From Azolla caroliniana (Eukaryota > Plantae > Polypodiophyta): a stretch of 64,000 bases of DNA. A program made the position numbers and the translations under genes. Under the pieces are notes generated by a model, which searched no databases, was not told where the DNA came from, and saw nothing but the letters and a program-made list of their open reading frames with translations. The DNA lies in the NCBI GenBank assembly GCA_043228905.1, contig JBHGNT010000008.1, forward strand, positions 11,284,001-11,348,000, read 5' to 3'. Of the stretch, positions 11,911 through 23,900 are shown in pieces; positions within the stretch are counted from its first letter, which is position 1; every line of letters starts with the position of its first letter.

Positions 11911-13481
11911 TGTCGCAAAGTTTCGCGCACGTGTGTTACTTGGGCGGGACCACGAGGGTCTTGGACTAGGGAGTACTCAAGGGATAGAGAAGACTGAGGT
12001 TTGCTTTACGACAATACTACTTCCCGACCCCTTCCCGAGCAAGGTCTCGTTGCCCTTTGTTTTGTGAGGCTGGTGGCCCTCGTTGATCACGACTCGTCGA
12101 CCTTCTAAGATCACCGCATGGGCAAGCCCAAAACGGTCCCTCGTCACGAGACGGCTGAACGTACAAGGAAGACACAAACACACGCACAAAATGCTCGTAC
12201 GTCTTTATGAGGAGGAGAGGTTCATGGGCACGCCCGAAACACTCCCTCATCACAAGACGGCCAAACGTACAAGGAAGACACAAACACACACACAAATGCT
12301 CGTACGCCTTTATGAGGAGGAGAGGTGCATGGGCAAGCCCAAACAATCCCCTCATCACAAGACGGCCGAACGTACAAGGAAGACACAAACACACACACAA
12401 ATGCTCGTACGCCTTTATGAGGAGGAGAGGTGCATGGGTAAGCCCGAACGGTCCCCTCGTCACAAGATGACCGAACGTACAAGAAAGACACAAACACACA
12501 CACAAAATGCTTGTACGCCTTTATGAGGAGGAGAGGTGCATGGGCAAGCCCGAATGGTCCCCTCGTCGCAAGACGGCCGAACGTACAAGGAAAACACGAA
12601 TAAAGAAAGAAGGAGAGAAAGAAACCACAATGATATCGACCAAAGAGATAAATATGTGTTCGATTCCAACGCAAGAGAACCCTTTATAACATAGGGTTTT
12701 GTTTACAATGGCAACTTATAGTTAACCACAAGCTCAATCAAAACATAAATATTAAATGCCCTTAAAGACAAAAACAAATCCAAACACGGCGAAGATGAAC
12801 ACACGAGCACCACCAAAATGCCAATCTCAACGAACCACAACCTCCCGAACGGCGAGCACATGGGCTTGCAACGACGAACAGGGCGGAGCAACTTCGAACC
12901 AACAACGCTTGGGCTCACGAGCACTTCGAGTGCCGACGCAATGAAGACGAGCACGTGGCGATGGGGGGGGTGAAGGGGTATGAGATGAAGAAAAGTGGTG
13001 AATAAGAAGATGAAGAGTTTCGAAGGAAAATTGGCGATAGTTTCCTCCTCCCCAAAACGTCCTCCCGAAGGAGCCCCTGTCGACCTCCTTTTATAGGAAA
13101 AAATAAGGGGGGATCACCAAATTTGTCTTCAATGAAAAAGGAATAAAATTCCTTAAATCATGTTGCACTATAAGTCCAAAATCAAACCATGCACCTCTAG
13201 CTAGTAGTCAATGTGACTATCCATTAGCCCACTAACTCTCTTTTATATAATATATAATTCTATCTCTATAAATTCATAGTCTGTCTCCCCTGTACCTTTT
13301 TCCTCTCCTCTCTCTTACTTTTTGCACGAGCTTCTATACCTCCTTTTCACCCTTTCTTTTCCTTTTTATTTTGCATATGCACAATTATTCGCTTTTGTGT
13401 GCAGACACATTGCACATGCACATTTTTGACCCCCCCCCTTTCGCCGGTTTTTTCCACTCTTGAGCACGCCACATCACGACA
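11911..13481 (-). repeat. Element A 5' LTR (about 1.57 kb) containing about 4.5 copies of a ~105-bp tandem repeat (12116-12592)
   Basis: TGTCG...CGACA termini; CATGGG recurs at about 12117, 12223, 12328, 12433 and 12539. Confidence 0.92.
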
Positions 13482-16400
13482 TCGTCGCCTTTGCTTCATG
13501 GATAGCCCGGCCCGTGCATTTCTATCAGAGGCTCTCCCTTTGCGTTTCTGTGGTTGGTGTGTGATGCTTGTGTGTGTGGGTGGACTCCCGTGTTGGGTTC
13601 GTTGCCGGTGTGCTGGTTGTAATCGTTATTGGTGTTATAATCGAATTGTTCTGTTTTCTCTCTCTCTCTTTCACTGTGTTCAGCAAAACGCTCTCCCTCT
13701 CCTCTCTCACACTCCTTGGTTCAGGGCCCCCGCGGTCCCGTCTCATTTCACCCGCAAAAGCGTAGTAACACGAGATATTTGGTGAATTCGATGTGAAGGG
13801 CGGCAAGGGAGCATGGAGATGGAAGAAGACTTCGACCTCGAGGAGATGATGGCAAAGGTCGTGATGGAAGCCGGACGGAAGATGGCGAAGTGAGATGCTT
13901 CTCAACAAGTCGTCGAAAGGGTGGTCGATCGAGTTGGCTGGTTCAATGGGAATGAGGTCCCAAATTTTTTGAGAGCTTACAATGCCGAGATGATGGAGCG
14001 GGGTGTGGACGAAGCGACAAGGCTAGATTTTTTTTGTCGAGTGGCGGTTGTATCAAGGTACGAAGAGGTCAAGGAGCTCTAAGAAGCTCACGAATCGTGG
14101 GAGTCCTTTGAGGGAGCTCTATGGAGGCGTATGGGTACCCGAAACCGGAAGGAAGAGGTCAACATGAGTTCGATCGGTGGGTGGCGTCGGTGAGGCGTCA
14201 TCGGAGCGCGATGGAGGCATTCCGAGAGTTCGAGCGTCGTTTCTCTCAACTCTCGGAGTGGGAACGGAGATCGGTGGGGGCGAACAAAGTCCTCCTATTT
14301 TTGAAGACGGTCCATCATGAGGAGAGGATGGACATCCTATTTGAGCTTCAAGATGATTATGGAGCACATGGTCTCACCGAGGAGTAGTCTGAGGTGGAAT
14401 GGGTGTGTTAGCAACATGATGCGAGGCGGTCAGCCACAACACGGCCCACGAGCAACGGAGAAGAGAGAGCGGCGAGTGACTACACACTACCGCCGGAAGA
14501 GAGCTCAACGCAAAATGGTTCAGAGGAGCTCCACCTAGAAGCGCTAATACGGGAGGCATGCGAGCTTGTGAAGGCGAAAATCGAAGCCGGAGAAGGGCTT
14601 ATTATGGAGTCGGGTTGGAGGCGATCAGAGGATGCGGAGGAAGAAGCCTCCCTAAGCGTAGAAGACGGGGGGGGGGCTACGGAGGCCGGGAGAGCGTACG
14701 AAGATGACATGGAAGAGACTGCGGCAAGCGTAATCGAGGCTTGCGCGATCAGAGGCGGGGTAGCCACGGACAACGACGTCCGGACGGAGGCGACTACAGA
14801 CACAACGAGCGGCGGTGCCGGGTCCTTACCTACACCGTTCCTAGAGGCTCCAGCGGCCGGCCGAAGTGCCGGCGTGAGTCCTAGAGCGACGGGCGGCAAG
14901 GCGGCAAGGCGGGCGACCGAGACAACGACGAAGATTGTAGCAGACGGAGGCAAGACCCCTCGACACCGAGGCCGGAGACTACGACGGTTGTGCTCGAATG
15001 CCAACATAAGACCAGAGAGAAGGGCGGCGACCGTGAGGAGGCGTGGCTTGGAGTGAGCATGTACGAAGATGAGGATGCGAGGCCCGGAACGGGCATATAT
15101 AAGAGGACCAACAAAGAGGTCGGGAGCGGCAAAGAGGAGAGAGTCGGGGACCGACTCGACCGAAAGACGAAGCGGAAGAAGAGTGAAGCGGGGGCCGGTC
15201 AACCAGGCCCAAACCGAAAGAAGCCAACAAGACTGGGATTGTTTGATCGACTCCTTACCAGTCGGATACAGTTACGATGGGAGCCAGTGAGAGCGAGAAG
15301 CAGGCTAACCGGGCACGATGAGTACGGATTGGTGACAGGCCGGGAGCAAGCGGGACCGGACCCTCCCCGCCTATTCTAGAGACTTCGATGGTTGCGGATC
15401 AACATAAGACCGGAGAGACGGCGGGTGGTGGCGAGGAGTCGGAGACCGGAACGGACAAGGCTACCCGATGCGTGAAGATGGACGAGCACGGCCAAGAGGG
15501 CCAAACGGAGATGGAAGGGTCTACGACGACAAAGGAAGAAGAGGCCGACATGGAGGTCGGAATCACAACGAGTAAAGAGCGTGAAGCGGAGCATGCACTA
15601 CGGCCGGAGAAGGGCCGAGAAGCAATCATGCACCCGGAAGAGTGGCAACAAGTGACCGGCAATGACAGACCGGTCGAGCTTTTGCGAGGAATGCACACGG
15701 CGAGAGACGGAGCGGTGAGGTGCCGATATCGGTGGATGATCGGCGAGCATGGAAGGCTATGTCTTGAGAACCGGGGAAGGTGCGTGGAAAGCAACGGGCT
15801 ACGTGCCGGGAAGAGGAAGCGCGACTTCCTGTGTGACATGCAAGGCCAAGCGGGCAAAAAGGGTGTGAGTCGGGATGAAGCGGTAATGAGAGCTGCGAAG
15901 GACACCGACATGGAGGATGGGATGGAGGTATCCTCTACCGTGAGAGAGCACAGCAAGCACGAGGAAGAACCGGAGCCAACGGTTCAAACCTGGCAGCGAT
16001 CGACGCGGCAAGCCGGGATGCGGACACGAACGACCGGTTTCTCACCGGCCGGAATCTTTCTCCCTTCTCCGGAATTGGCACATATCAATGGATGTGTGGT
16101 TTGGTGGGGGCGGATTTCGTTAAGTTTCCGGCACATAGTGAGAAACCGCGAGATATCGGAAGAATCGGCGGAGTGCACCATGTGCACTTACCCTTGTAAA
16201 ACGTGTGAATAGTAGGATTCAAGTCGGGACAGAGAATCTCATGTAAGTTGGGATTTATCCCACATTGTAACGCATCCCTCTCCTTATTCTATAAAAGGAA
16301 GGGATGGTCCCTTGTAGAGGTGTTGCCCATTTTGAGTTAGAATGGTATACCACGTAGTTTTGATAGTTTTCTTGGTCTTCATCTCATTCTTATTCTTAGG

Positions 16401-17101
16401 GTTTCTACTTTGGTCTTCACCCTATTCCATTTTAGGGTTTCGTCTTGGTTTTCTTCTGATTCTCCTTCCTCTTTGTGTTTGTTTAGGGTTTGCTTCTACT
16501 CAGTCTCTTGTGCAAGACCCCGCTCAGCGCAACAAGCCCGTGAGCTCCCCGATCGGCGGCTTGGCAACAGACTGTTATTGTAACCTACCTTGGTTGCAGC
16601 CGAGGTTGTATCTTTTCCTGTAATATATATATATTTGTGTTTGTTGTGCATATCGGTGTATTTGGTGGAGTCGGGAGTTGAGCCCCATTGTTTCCTGTGT
16701 ATAAGAGTCGGTGTAGCGCGCATGCTCTCTCTCTTCTCTCTCTCTCTCTCTCTCTCTCTCATATTCGGTTGCTTCCGGGACACGTCCGGAATCGTCTTCT
16801 CGACATCCCTTCCTCTCTCATCCAAGACCCCCATGGTCCCGCCCCTTCTACACACACGCGTGTAATAACGCGAGACCGTGCTGAAAGGTTTTCTGCTCTG
16901 CCTCGGGAGCTGAGCCCCATTGTTTCCTGTGTATAAGAGTCGGTGTAGCGCGCATGCTCTCTCTCTTCTCTCTCTCTCTCTCTCTCATGTTTGGTTGCTT
17001 CCGGGATACGTCCGGAATCGTCTTCTTGGCATCCCTTCCTCTCTCATCCAAGACCCCCATGGTCCCGCCCCTTCTACACACACGCGCGTAATAACACGAG
17101 A
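13482..17101 (+). mobile_element. Element C: non-autonomous relative of A and G (degenerate gag, no pol); 5' LTR interrupted by A
   Basis: LTR end TAACACGAGA at 13775, decayed Trp PBS TGGTGAATTCGATGTGA at 13780, gag-like GWFNGNEVPNFLRAYNAEM, PPT-like tract at 16090-16114, 3' LTR 16115-16875/17101. Confidence 0.72.
13813..14420 (+). pseudogene. Element C degenerate gag
   Basis: EFERRFSQLSEWERRSVGANKVLLFLK aligns with A gag EFEKRFTRLSRLDRMVLDTSKVLLFIK. Confidence 0.75.
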
Positions 17102-17130
17102 CCGTGCTGAAAGGTTTTCTGCTCTGCCTC
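16671..17130. repeat. Tandem duplication (~230 bp x2) spanning the C LTR end and its flank
   Basis: TCGGGAG(T/C)TGAGCCCCATTG at 16671 and 16903. Confidence 0.9.
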
Positions 17131-17195
17131 ACCATAGCTTGAAGCTCTCTTCGCCTCCAACACAGAACTTAGATTCATCAGACGACGACAACAAT

Positions 17196-19696
17196 ATGGC
17201 GATTTATGTTTCTAACAACTTGCGACAATGGCTTGTCAACAAAAACCTGCAAGGTTTCATCAAAGTTGCAGAGGCAGAACCTCACCCTCGGGTTGCAGAG
17301 ATCCTGCAGCAAATCGACGTATCCAAAATCACCAATAAAAAGGTATGTTCTGTTTTGGAACTCAAAAGAGAAGGTTTCGATGTTGTCCAGAAAATGGGCA
17401 AGGATGTGCTCAATTCATATTTCGGGGAATATTCTCCCTCTACGAAGTCTTTTCAAACGCAAGGAGGTGTCGATGAAGTTTTTCATGAAGTCGCCAGATT
17501 TTTGTTGGAAGTAGGGTTTGTAGGTCCCCGGTTTTATTGTATGCCCAAGAAGCGGCCCGGATTCATAATCGCCACATACGAGGGTGAGATTTTTGATTGG
17601 GGGATGCTGTCAGCAGATGCTCTACGAGAGCAACTATATGGGGTACAACAAGGGAAACCAATGAAACGAATATTTGCTCGCTGGTTGTCAGTATTGTTTC
17701 CGTCTCAGAGATTGGAAAGCCAACCAAAAGAACAAAGGCCGCCACGGCCACAAGCGCCCTGACCCCGAAGACAAGTGCAACGAGAAGAGTGTCAGGAAGA
17801 AGAATCGACGCATGTCGATACTACTCAATCAGAACCCGACAAGCAACCGGCCTCACCACAACCACAATCTCAAAAACAACCGGTCACACAGCCAGAATCT
17901 AGACAACAACCAGACCCCAGGACCACTACACCACTACAGTCACAAACACAACAAAAATCGATACCTTTCGGAACTAAATAGTCGACACAACGACCACGAA
18001 GGATGAAACAAAGATCCCGACGATTTTCTTAGACTCAACCGGAGGAGCTTGCACAGAAGAAACAAAGAACCGACGACCAAGCCACACAGAGTACACAAAT
18101 ACCTTAGGTCAATCTTAATGACATGACCAAAGTTCAAAAAGGGTAGTCATCAATAACAACGGTGAGAGAAGCAGTAGGATTTGTCGACATTCCTCCAGCG
18201 ACGCATGAACTGGTAGCTATTCTACAATTCGGAACATCGTACAAGCTAGTAGAATGGTTAGCACGAAGATTACAGGAGGTATCGGAAAGAATGGCACAGG
18301 AGCACCAGAATCAAATAATGATCCAAAAGTCGTTAAGTGGAGCTGCCGAGCCGGGAGAACAACATGAATTGGATCGAATCGGCCGACAACGTAGTATGAG
18401 AAATAAGGGTGAGGCTATACAGATGCCACCATTACATGAGGCTCTGGTAGAAGTACATCGAGAATATGAAAAGGCCAGCCGAGCAGCCAAAGATATGGCT
18501 GATTTATACAAAAAATCATCAGCGGCGTCGAAAGTTCTAAACGCACAATGTACAAACATGAAAAACCGAAAACCTGTAGTTGACGGAACAAACTGCAAAA
18601 AGCAAGGGATGAACTGTTGCAAAAGGAGTCAAGCCGACCTTTGGAGGCTGATCAAGAATTGCAACAAAAGCTACAACAAGTAGAAGCAACATTCAAGGCG
18701 GCGGAAGCTAGAGCCGAAAAAACTGAAATTTGATCCAAGAAACTGGAAGATCGGATACAACTGGCAAAGACAGAAATTGGAAAATGGCTCAATCCAAAGG
18801 ATGAATTGATTCAACAGTTGCACCGAAAGTTAGCACAACAACAGGAAGCCACGCGCCAAAACGCTGAGCAAGTGGAGGAGCTTGAAGAATATGTAAATGT
18901 ACAAACATAATATTTTGCAGAAGAGATAGTTGGAAAAGACACCTTGCTGAATGAAATCGACGAAAAATATAATGAACAGCAGGAAGAATGGGAAGTAGCT
19001 AGGGAAACTCTAGAAAGACGGTGTTTAGAAGTGGAAGTTGTGTCTGAAAAAAGGTGACTTGACCTATTACTCGCGCAAAACAAGCTGTTGCAGACAGAGG
19101 GAGAAAATAATGCTCAAATTGATGATTTACGGAGAACATTGGCAGTAGCACAGTTTCACGCAAGTATAACCGAGGAAAGAATTTGAGCTATCCTAAAATG
19201 CCATAAGCTTAACACCTAGAAAATGGTGAATGAGTCCATCAATAAGGGCTGGAAAACCTGGTCGACACAAGCAGCCGAATTTCAGTTGTTACGGGCTAAC
19301 AAAGACAATAGGAAGGCTCATGGCCAAGGTTTCTTCAAAATGATAGAAGAGGCAATATCAACTGTTCAGGAGGATATTGCTAAAGACTTGTATGAGATAG
19401 CAACTTATCACCGAGAAGAAGTTAGTCAAATTATACAAGAATTCGACAAACACGATGTTGGCACATCTGTCCAACTAGATAACCTTGAATCTGAAAGGCG
19501 AAACCAGACCCCAGGACTTGGAGCACCGGAAACAGAGAATCCAAGACCATCGAACGAAGATACAAACACGTTTACAGAAACCGAAGACGAAAACGAAGAA
19601 GACATGCACCAACCGGAACCTTCATTGTTCGATATTCTGCAGGATGACGCGGAGGACAATTTAGACGAGGACCTTCCATCGGAACAACAAGAGTAG
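17196..19696 (+). pseudogene. Element D extra ORF (coiled-coil protein), multiple stops/frameshifts
   Basis: NLQGFIKVAEAEPHP, DIPPATHELVAILQFGTSY and AAEFQLLRANKDNR match the E extra ORF. Confidence 0.88.
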
Positions 19697-19706
19697 AAGG
19701 GGTACC

Positions 19707-19746
19707 GTGGGTTCGCCGGGCAAGGCCCTGGCCCATGGGCGTGCCA
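19707..19746 (+). other. tRNA-3'-end-like structured motif in place of the PPT (element D)
   Basis: GTGGGTTCGCCGGGCAAGGCCCTGGCCCATGGGCGTGCCA, 2 nt before the LTR. Confidence 0.75.
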
Positions 19747-20140
19747 AGTATACAGATTTCGATTACAGATTTCGGATGTATACACCCATTACAAGGAAGT
19801 GTTGAATACGGGTTTCTAATGGACGTATTCACACTGTCTCCTTTTGAACACACTAGACTTAAGCTATTTATGTAAATAGTGAGAAGGGCAGTTGCCCTAA
19901 GTTAGTTAGTATATAAATTGACTTTGTAACCCAGTTACGGGGTTGGTTGCTCATTTTGTAAAGAGTTGTAATAAACTTCATTGACATCGTGCCTACCTAA
20001 CTTTGACTCTCTCTCTTGCATACGAGTTGTTTTTACTTTTCTGTCTTGCTGCAATCAAAACTATGATCTTGCATCCACTTACGATCTTATCTTAGAAAAG
20101 TGTTGATCTTGTTCTGCATTAGAAGACGGCGTTCCCAACA

Positions 20141-20398
20141 CGCTCCTCGTTCGGTCTAGTTCCTCCTCCCACGACCCATCCAATTCCATGCACCTCGACC
20201 TTCTCAATCGTTTTGTTTTACTCCTTTGGCCCAAGTCAGCTCCCTCGTTGTTGTGACTCTAGCGCTTCTAGACCCGTCGGCTCCTCCGTGTTGGTGTCGA
20301 CTTCCGCTGCCCTCTCGTTTGCTTGGCCAATCGATTCGGCTCCTCCGAATTGAACATTTCAATGGAATCAGTTTCTTCCGATTCGCTTCGACTCTTAA
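20141..20398 (-). mobile_element. Copia J 3' region fragment (continues at 29766-29957 and from 58561)
   Basis: Similar to the post-RNase H region of Copia I (about 33520-33790). Confidence 0.7.
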
Positions 20399-20865
20399 TG
20401 TTACCCGGAGCCGGACAGTCAGTTTTACCGAACAAGTGGGAAAGTGTCGAAAACGGAGTCGGTTCGGATCGACTGTTCGGATCAATGACTCAACAGTGAA
20501 CAAAGAGAACTAAGTTAGTTAGAAAATTTTGTAATTCTTGATAGTAAGTAGGAATAGTTCTTGATGAGAAAAGACCTTCGGTATACCTATAAAAGGGAAC
20601 CGAAGGCATTGTAAGAAAGGTCGTTTATTTAGTAATATAAGTTTAAGTTAGGAATATCATGTACGGATTCTGTGTTCTTTCTATTGTCTATGCTGTTAAG
20701 TGCAAGTTTCCTAATTTATAACTAAGTAACGATCACGGTAATTACCAATTAATATAGTATATTTCCATTCATAAAACACAATTCCTTGTTAGAACGTTGA
20801 GTAGCGACGTTCTCTCTTCTGTATCGGTAGTAGTTAGTAATTAGCCGATTAACACAGAAGAAATT

Positions 20866-20878
20866 TGGCACGCCCGGT
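20866..20878 (+). promoter_or_regulatory. Element E primer-binding site, probably tRNA-Arg
   Basis: TGGCACGCCCGGT, 11 nt after the LTR; resembles the PBS known from plant Tat-type elements. Confidence 0.8.
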
Positions 20879-20913
20879 TACATCTGCAATTAAGCAGAGA
20901 ACAAATCGAATGG

Positions 20914-23900
20914 ATGTCGTATGAAGAGGAGACACCGGTCAGTTGTAAGCGCCCTCGTACAAGGTCAGTTACGAAGGCAGTGCAGGAAGCGTTCATTGCG
21001 CAAGAACAGCCGGAATCAAGCACAAAGTGGTCGAAACTTCCTGACTTATCCGATCAATTACCTTCAGACGAAAAACAGACGGAAGAGGTATCGTTTTACG
21101 ACATTTGGGACGATATGCCTTATACTTATTCTAAGTTCCGGGAAGGAACAGATGCGGAAGCACATGTTAGGGATTTCTTAACGACATGGGAGATTAACCA
21201 TGGAGCTCAGCGATTGTCGGCAGATGCCAAAGATAAGTCAAAAATCGCTGAGTTCGTCTTATCATTAGACGGATATTCCGCCAATTGGTTTGCGCAGAAC
21301 GGTCTTCAAGGATTTCCATCCTTTGAAGTGTTAACTAGTAAATTTTTACAATTATTTCATCAACAAATTCCGCAGAAGGATTTGATTGCGCAATTTTATG
21401 CTTTATATCAAGAAAAAAATGAAACAGTATCTCAGTTTGTGATACGATTTCAGAACTTACAGCTTCAGATTTCAAGGCCGATTCCGGATAATGAATTAAA
21501 AGAAGTCTTTCTAGAAGCTGTAAAAGAACCATTAAGGACGACATTGAAAGTGTTCGATTTTCGAAATCAGACTATCGAACAAGTAATTGATAAAGCAATA
21601 GAAATGGGTCGACCACCGGTCAATGTTCAGAGTATGGACATGTCGGCATTACACCGTACATTACCAACAATAGAGGAGTTACAATTTCGACAAGCAGTTC
21701 AATGCACCACTTGTTTAAATACGGGGCATTCGGCAATTGAATGTACGTTAAGAACACATTGTACAATATGTCATTCAAAATTACATTCAGTAGAACAATG
21801 TGAATATAATCTGCTTAATAAAACTACGGCGTCAGTACGACAAATTTTTACTGACAATGGTTACCAAAATAACACTAATCTGTTCAATGGTTATCAAAAT
21901 AATAATTTTTCACAAAATCAGCAAAATGTACAACAAAATCCGGTTCTACAGCCAAATCAGATCTTTTCACAACAAAATATGCAACCCACTCAAGTGACTC
22001 AAGCATTTCAACCAGGAATTGCTCAATCCAACCCACCATTCGTACAGAATCCGAATCAATATTTTCAACAAAATAATCAAAGTTTCCAACAAGGTAACCC
22101 ACCATTTCAAGGGTTTCAACAGAACTGTCCGAATGTGCAACCGAATTCTGCATTTCAACCAAATCCGGCATTCCAACCGGGTAATATGACCTTTCAACAT
22201 AATACTCAAACCGTTCCACAAAATAATCAAATGTTTCAACAGAATAATTTTCCGCCAAATCAGGAGTTCGGGATAACACAAAATGTAGCACAACCAAATG
22301 ATAATACCGAACAATTTAGGCAGAATCGGTATAAAAATAAAAGATTTTACAAACCAAAAGCTACACGTCAATACCAACAAAACCCGAGTGGTAATGAAGA
22401 GCAGCAATTTAATAACGGCCAATTTGCACATGGAGAGACCGGTGGAACATTTGTACCCACTTGTTATATTTGTCGACAACTAGGCCATTATGCTAATCAA
22501 TGTCCGGTTAAAGGAAAGGGTCCAGCAGTTAATATGGTAATACCGGAAGTTCAGCAAGTAACAACACGCAGCAAAAGCAAACAATCAGAGTGGGAAATTC
22601 AGGAAGAAGTTCGGAAGGCGGCAAAAGAATGGGTTGACGAAGCAAATCAAAGTAATGTGAATCGAATGTTACAAGACAATAACATTGACCAGAACATCGC
22701 TGTACAACAGTCATTGGGGAATAAGGAACAGGAAGAAACTTGGAAACTGTTGGCTGATTGCCAAGTGTCATTGCCACTTACGGGCTTACTTAAGTTAGTA
22801 CCAAGGTTTACAGAAAAAGTGGCAGCATTAATTGCATATAAAGGTTCTGAACAAATAGCAGTACACTACAATCAGCCAAGTAATAACCCTTCGATCATGG
22901 ATGAACAGAATCCGTCGATTAAGGTAATACTTTACGGGCAAGAAATCGGAAATGTGATTATAGATGGAGGCTCGGGAGTTAATGTGATTAACAAAGCTAC
23001 ATGTGAAAAACTAGGAATCACGGAATGGGAAGCATGTCCGTTTTGGTTACGAATGGTAGATACAAGTACGGTACGACCGATTGGTTTGCTTCGACAGCTG
23101 GATGTAATAATCGGGGGACACAGTTTTCAGATTTCGGCAGTGATTTTGCAGTTAGAAACACAGGGAGCATACCTCTTGTTATTGGGGAGACCATGGTTAA
23201 AGACAGCTAATATCAAACAAAATTGGAAACAAAATGTGCTAACATTTAGGAAAGGAAAAACTAAGGTCAGGATTCCGACGCACAACAAAGTGACAACAAG
23301 CAAACAAAGTTTACCTGTACATGCAGAAGCAGTTAATATGATGGAAGGATTGGATGAGGAAGAAGAAAGTCAGTATTTCAATGATAATCAGAAAATCATC
23401 CCTCTATTTGAGGTAGATATTTTGCAAGCATTAACACCATATGTAGACTCACATGAAGAAGTGCCAATAGATGAGCAAACAATGAAAGAAATACGAATGC
23501 AACAAGAAGCTACAGATAAGGAAATGAAGGTATCTCAGAGAGTGCAAGCCTCAGCATTGGAGGAGATCGATTTGGCAGGAGTAGAGGATGGTGAAAGAAA
23601 AACAGTCTTGATTGCTAGAGATTTGGCGGAAAATGACAAACGGACATTAACAACATTACTATTACAATATAAAGATGTTTTTGCATGGTCATTTGACGAT
23701 ATGAAAGGTCTAGATCCCGCTTTTTGTCAACATCAAATCAATTTGCATAAAGATGCAAAGCCAGTACAACAACGCAGGTACAGGTTAAATCCGAATTATG
23801 CTATCAAAGTAAAAGAAGAAATCGATAAACTCTTAAAAGTAGGATTTATTCGACCCGTCAAAAAATCAACATGGCTGAGTCCGATAGTAGTAGTCCCGAA

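Larger units (their letters stand above)
1..13481 (-). mobile_element. Element A: Ty3/Gypsy LTR retrotransposon, tRNA-Trp-primed, degenerate, interrupted by Copia B; 3' LTR cut by the window start
   Basis: Matching LTRs at 1-566 and 11911-13481 (TGTCG...CGACA), PBS, PPT and gag-PR-RT-RH-INT order on the minus strand. Confidence 0.93.
17102..20140 (+). mobile_element. Element D: 3' part of a Gypsy element of the E/F group (extra ORF remnant and 3' LTR about 19749-20140)
   Basis: ORF fragments homologous to 26524-29265; shared pre-LTR motif; sequence ends ...CCCAACA where Copia J sequence resumes. Confidence 0.82.

Noticed and set aside
14480-16212. Overlapping GC-rich ORFs in element C as real proteins
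   Set aside because: No recognisable motifs; long ORFs on both strands are expected at this composition.
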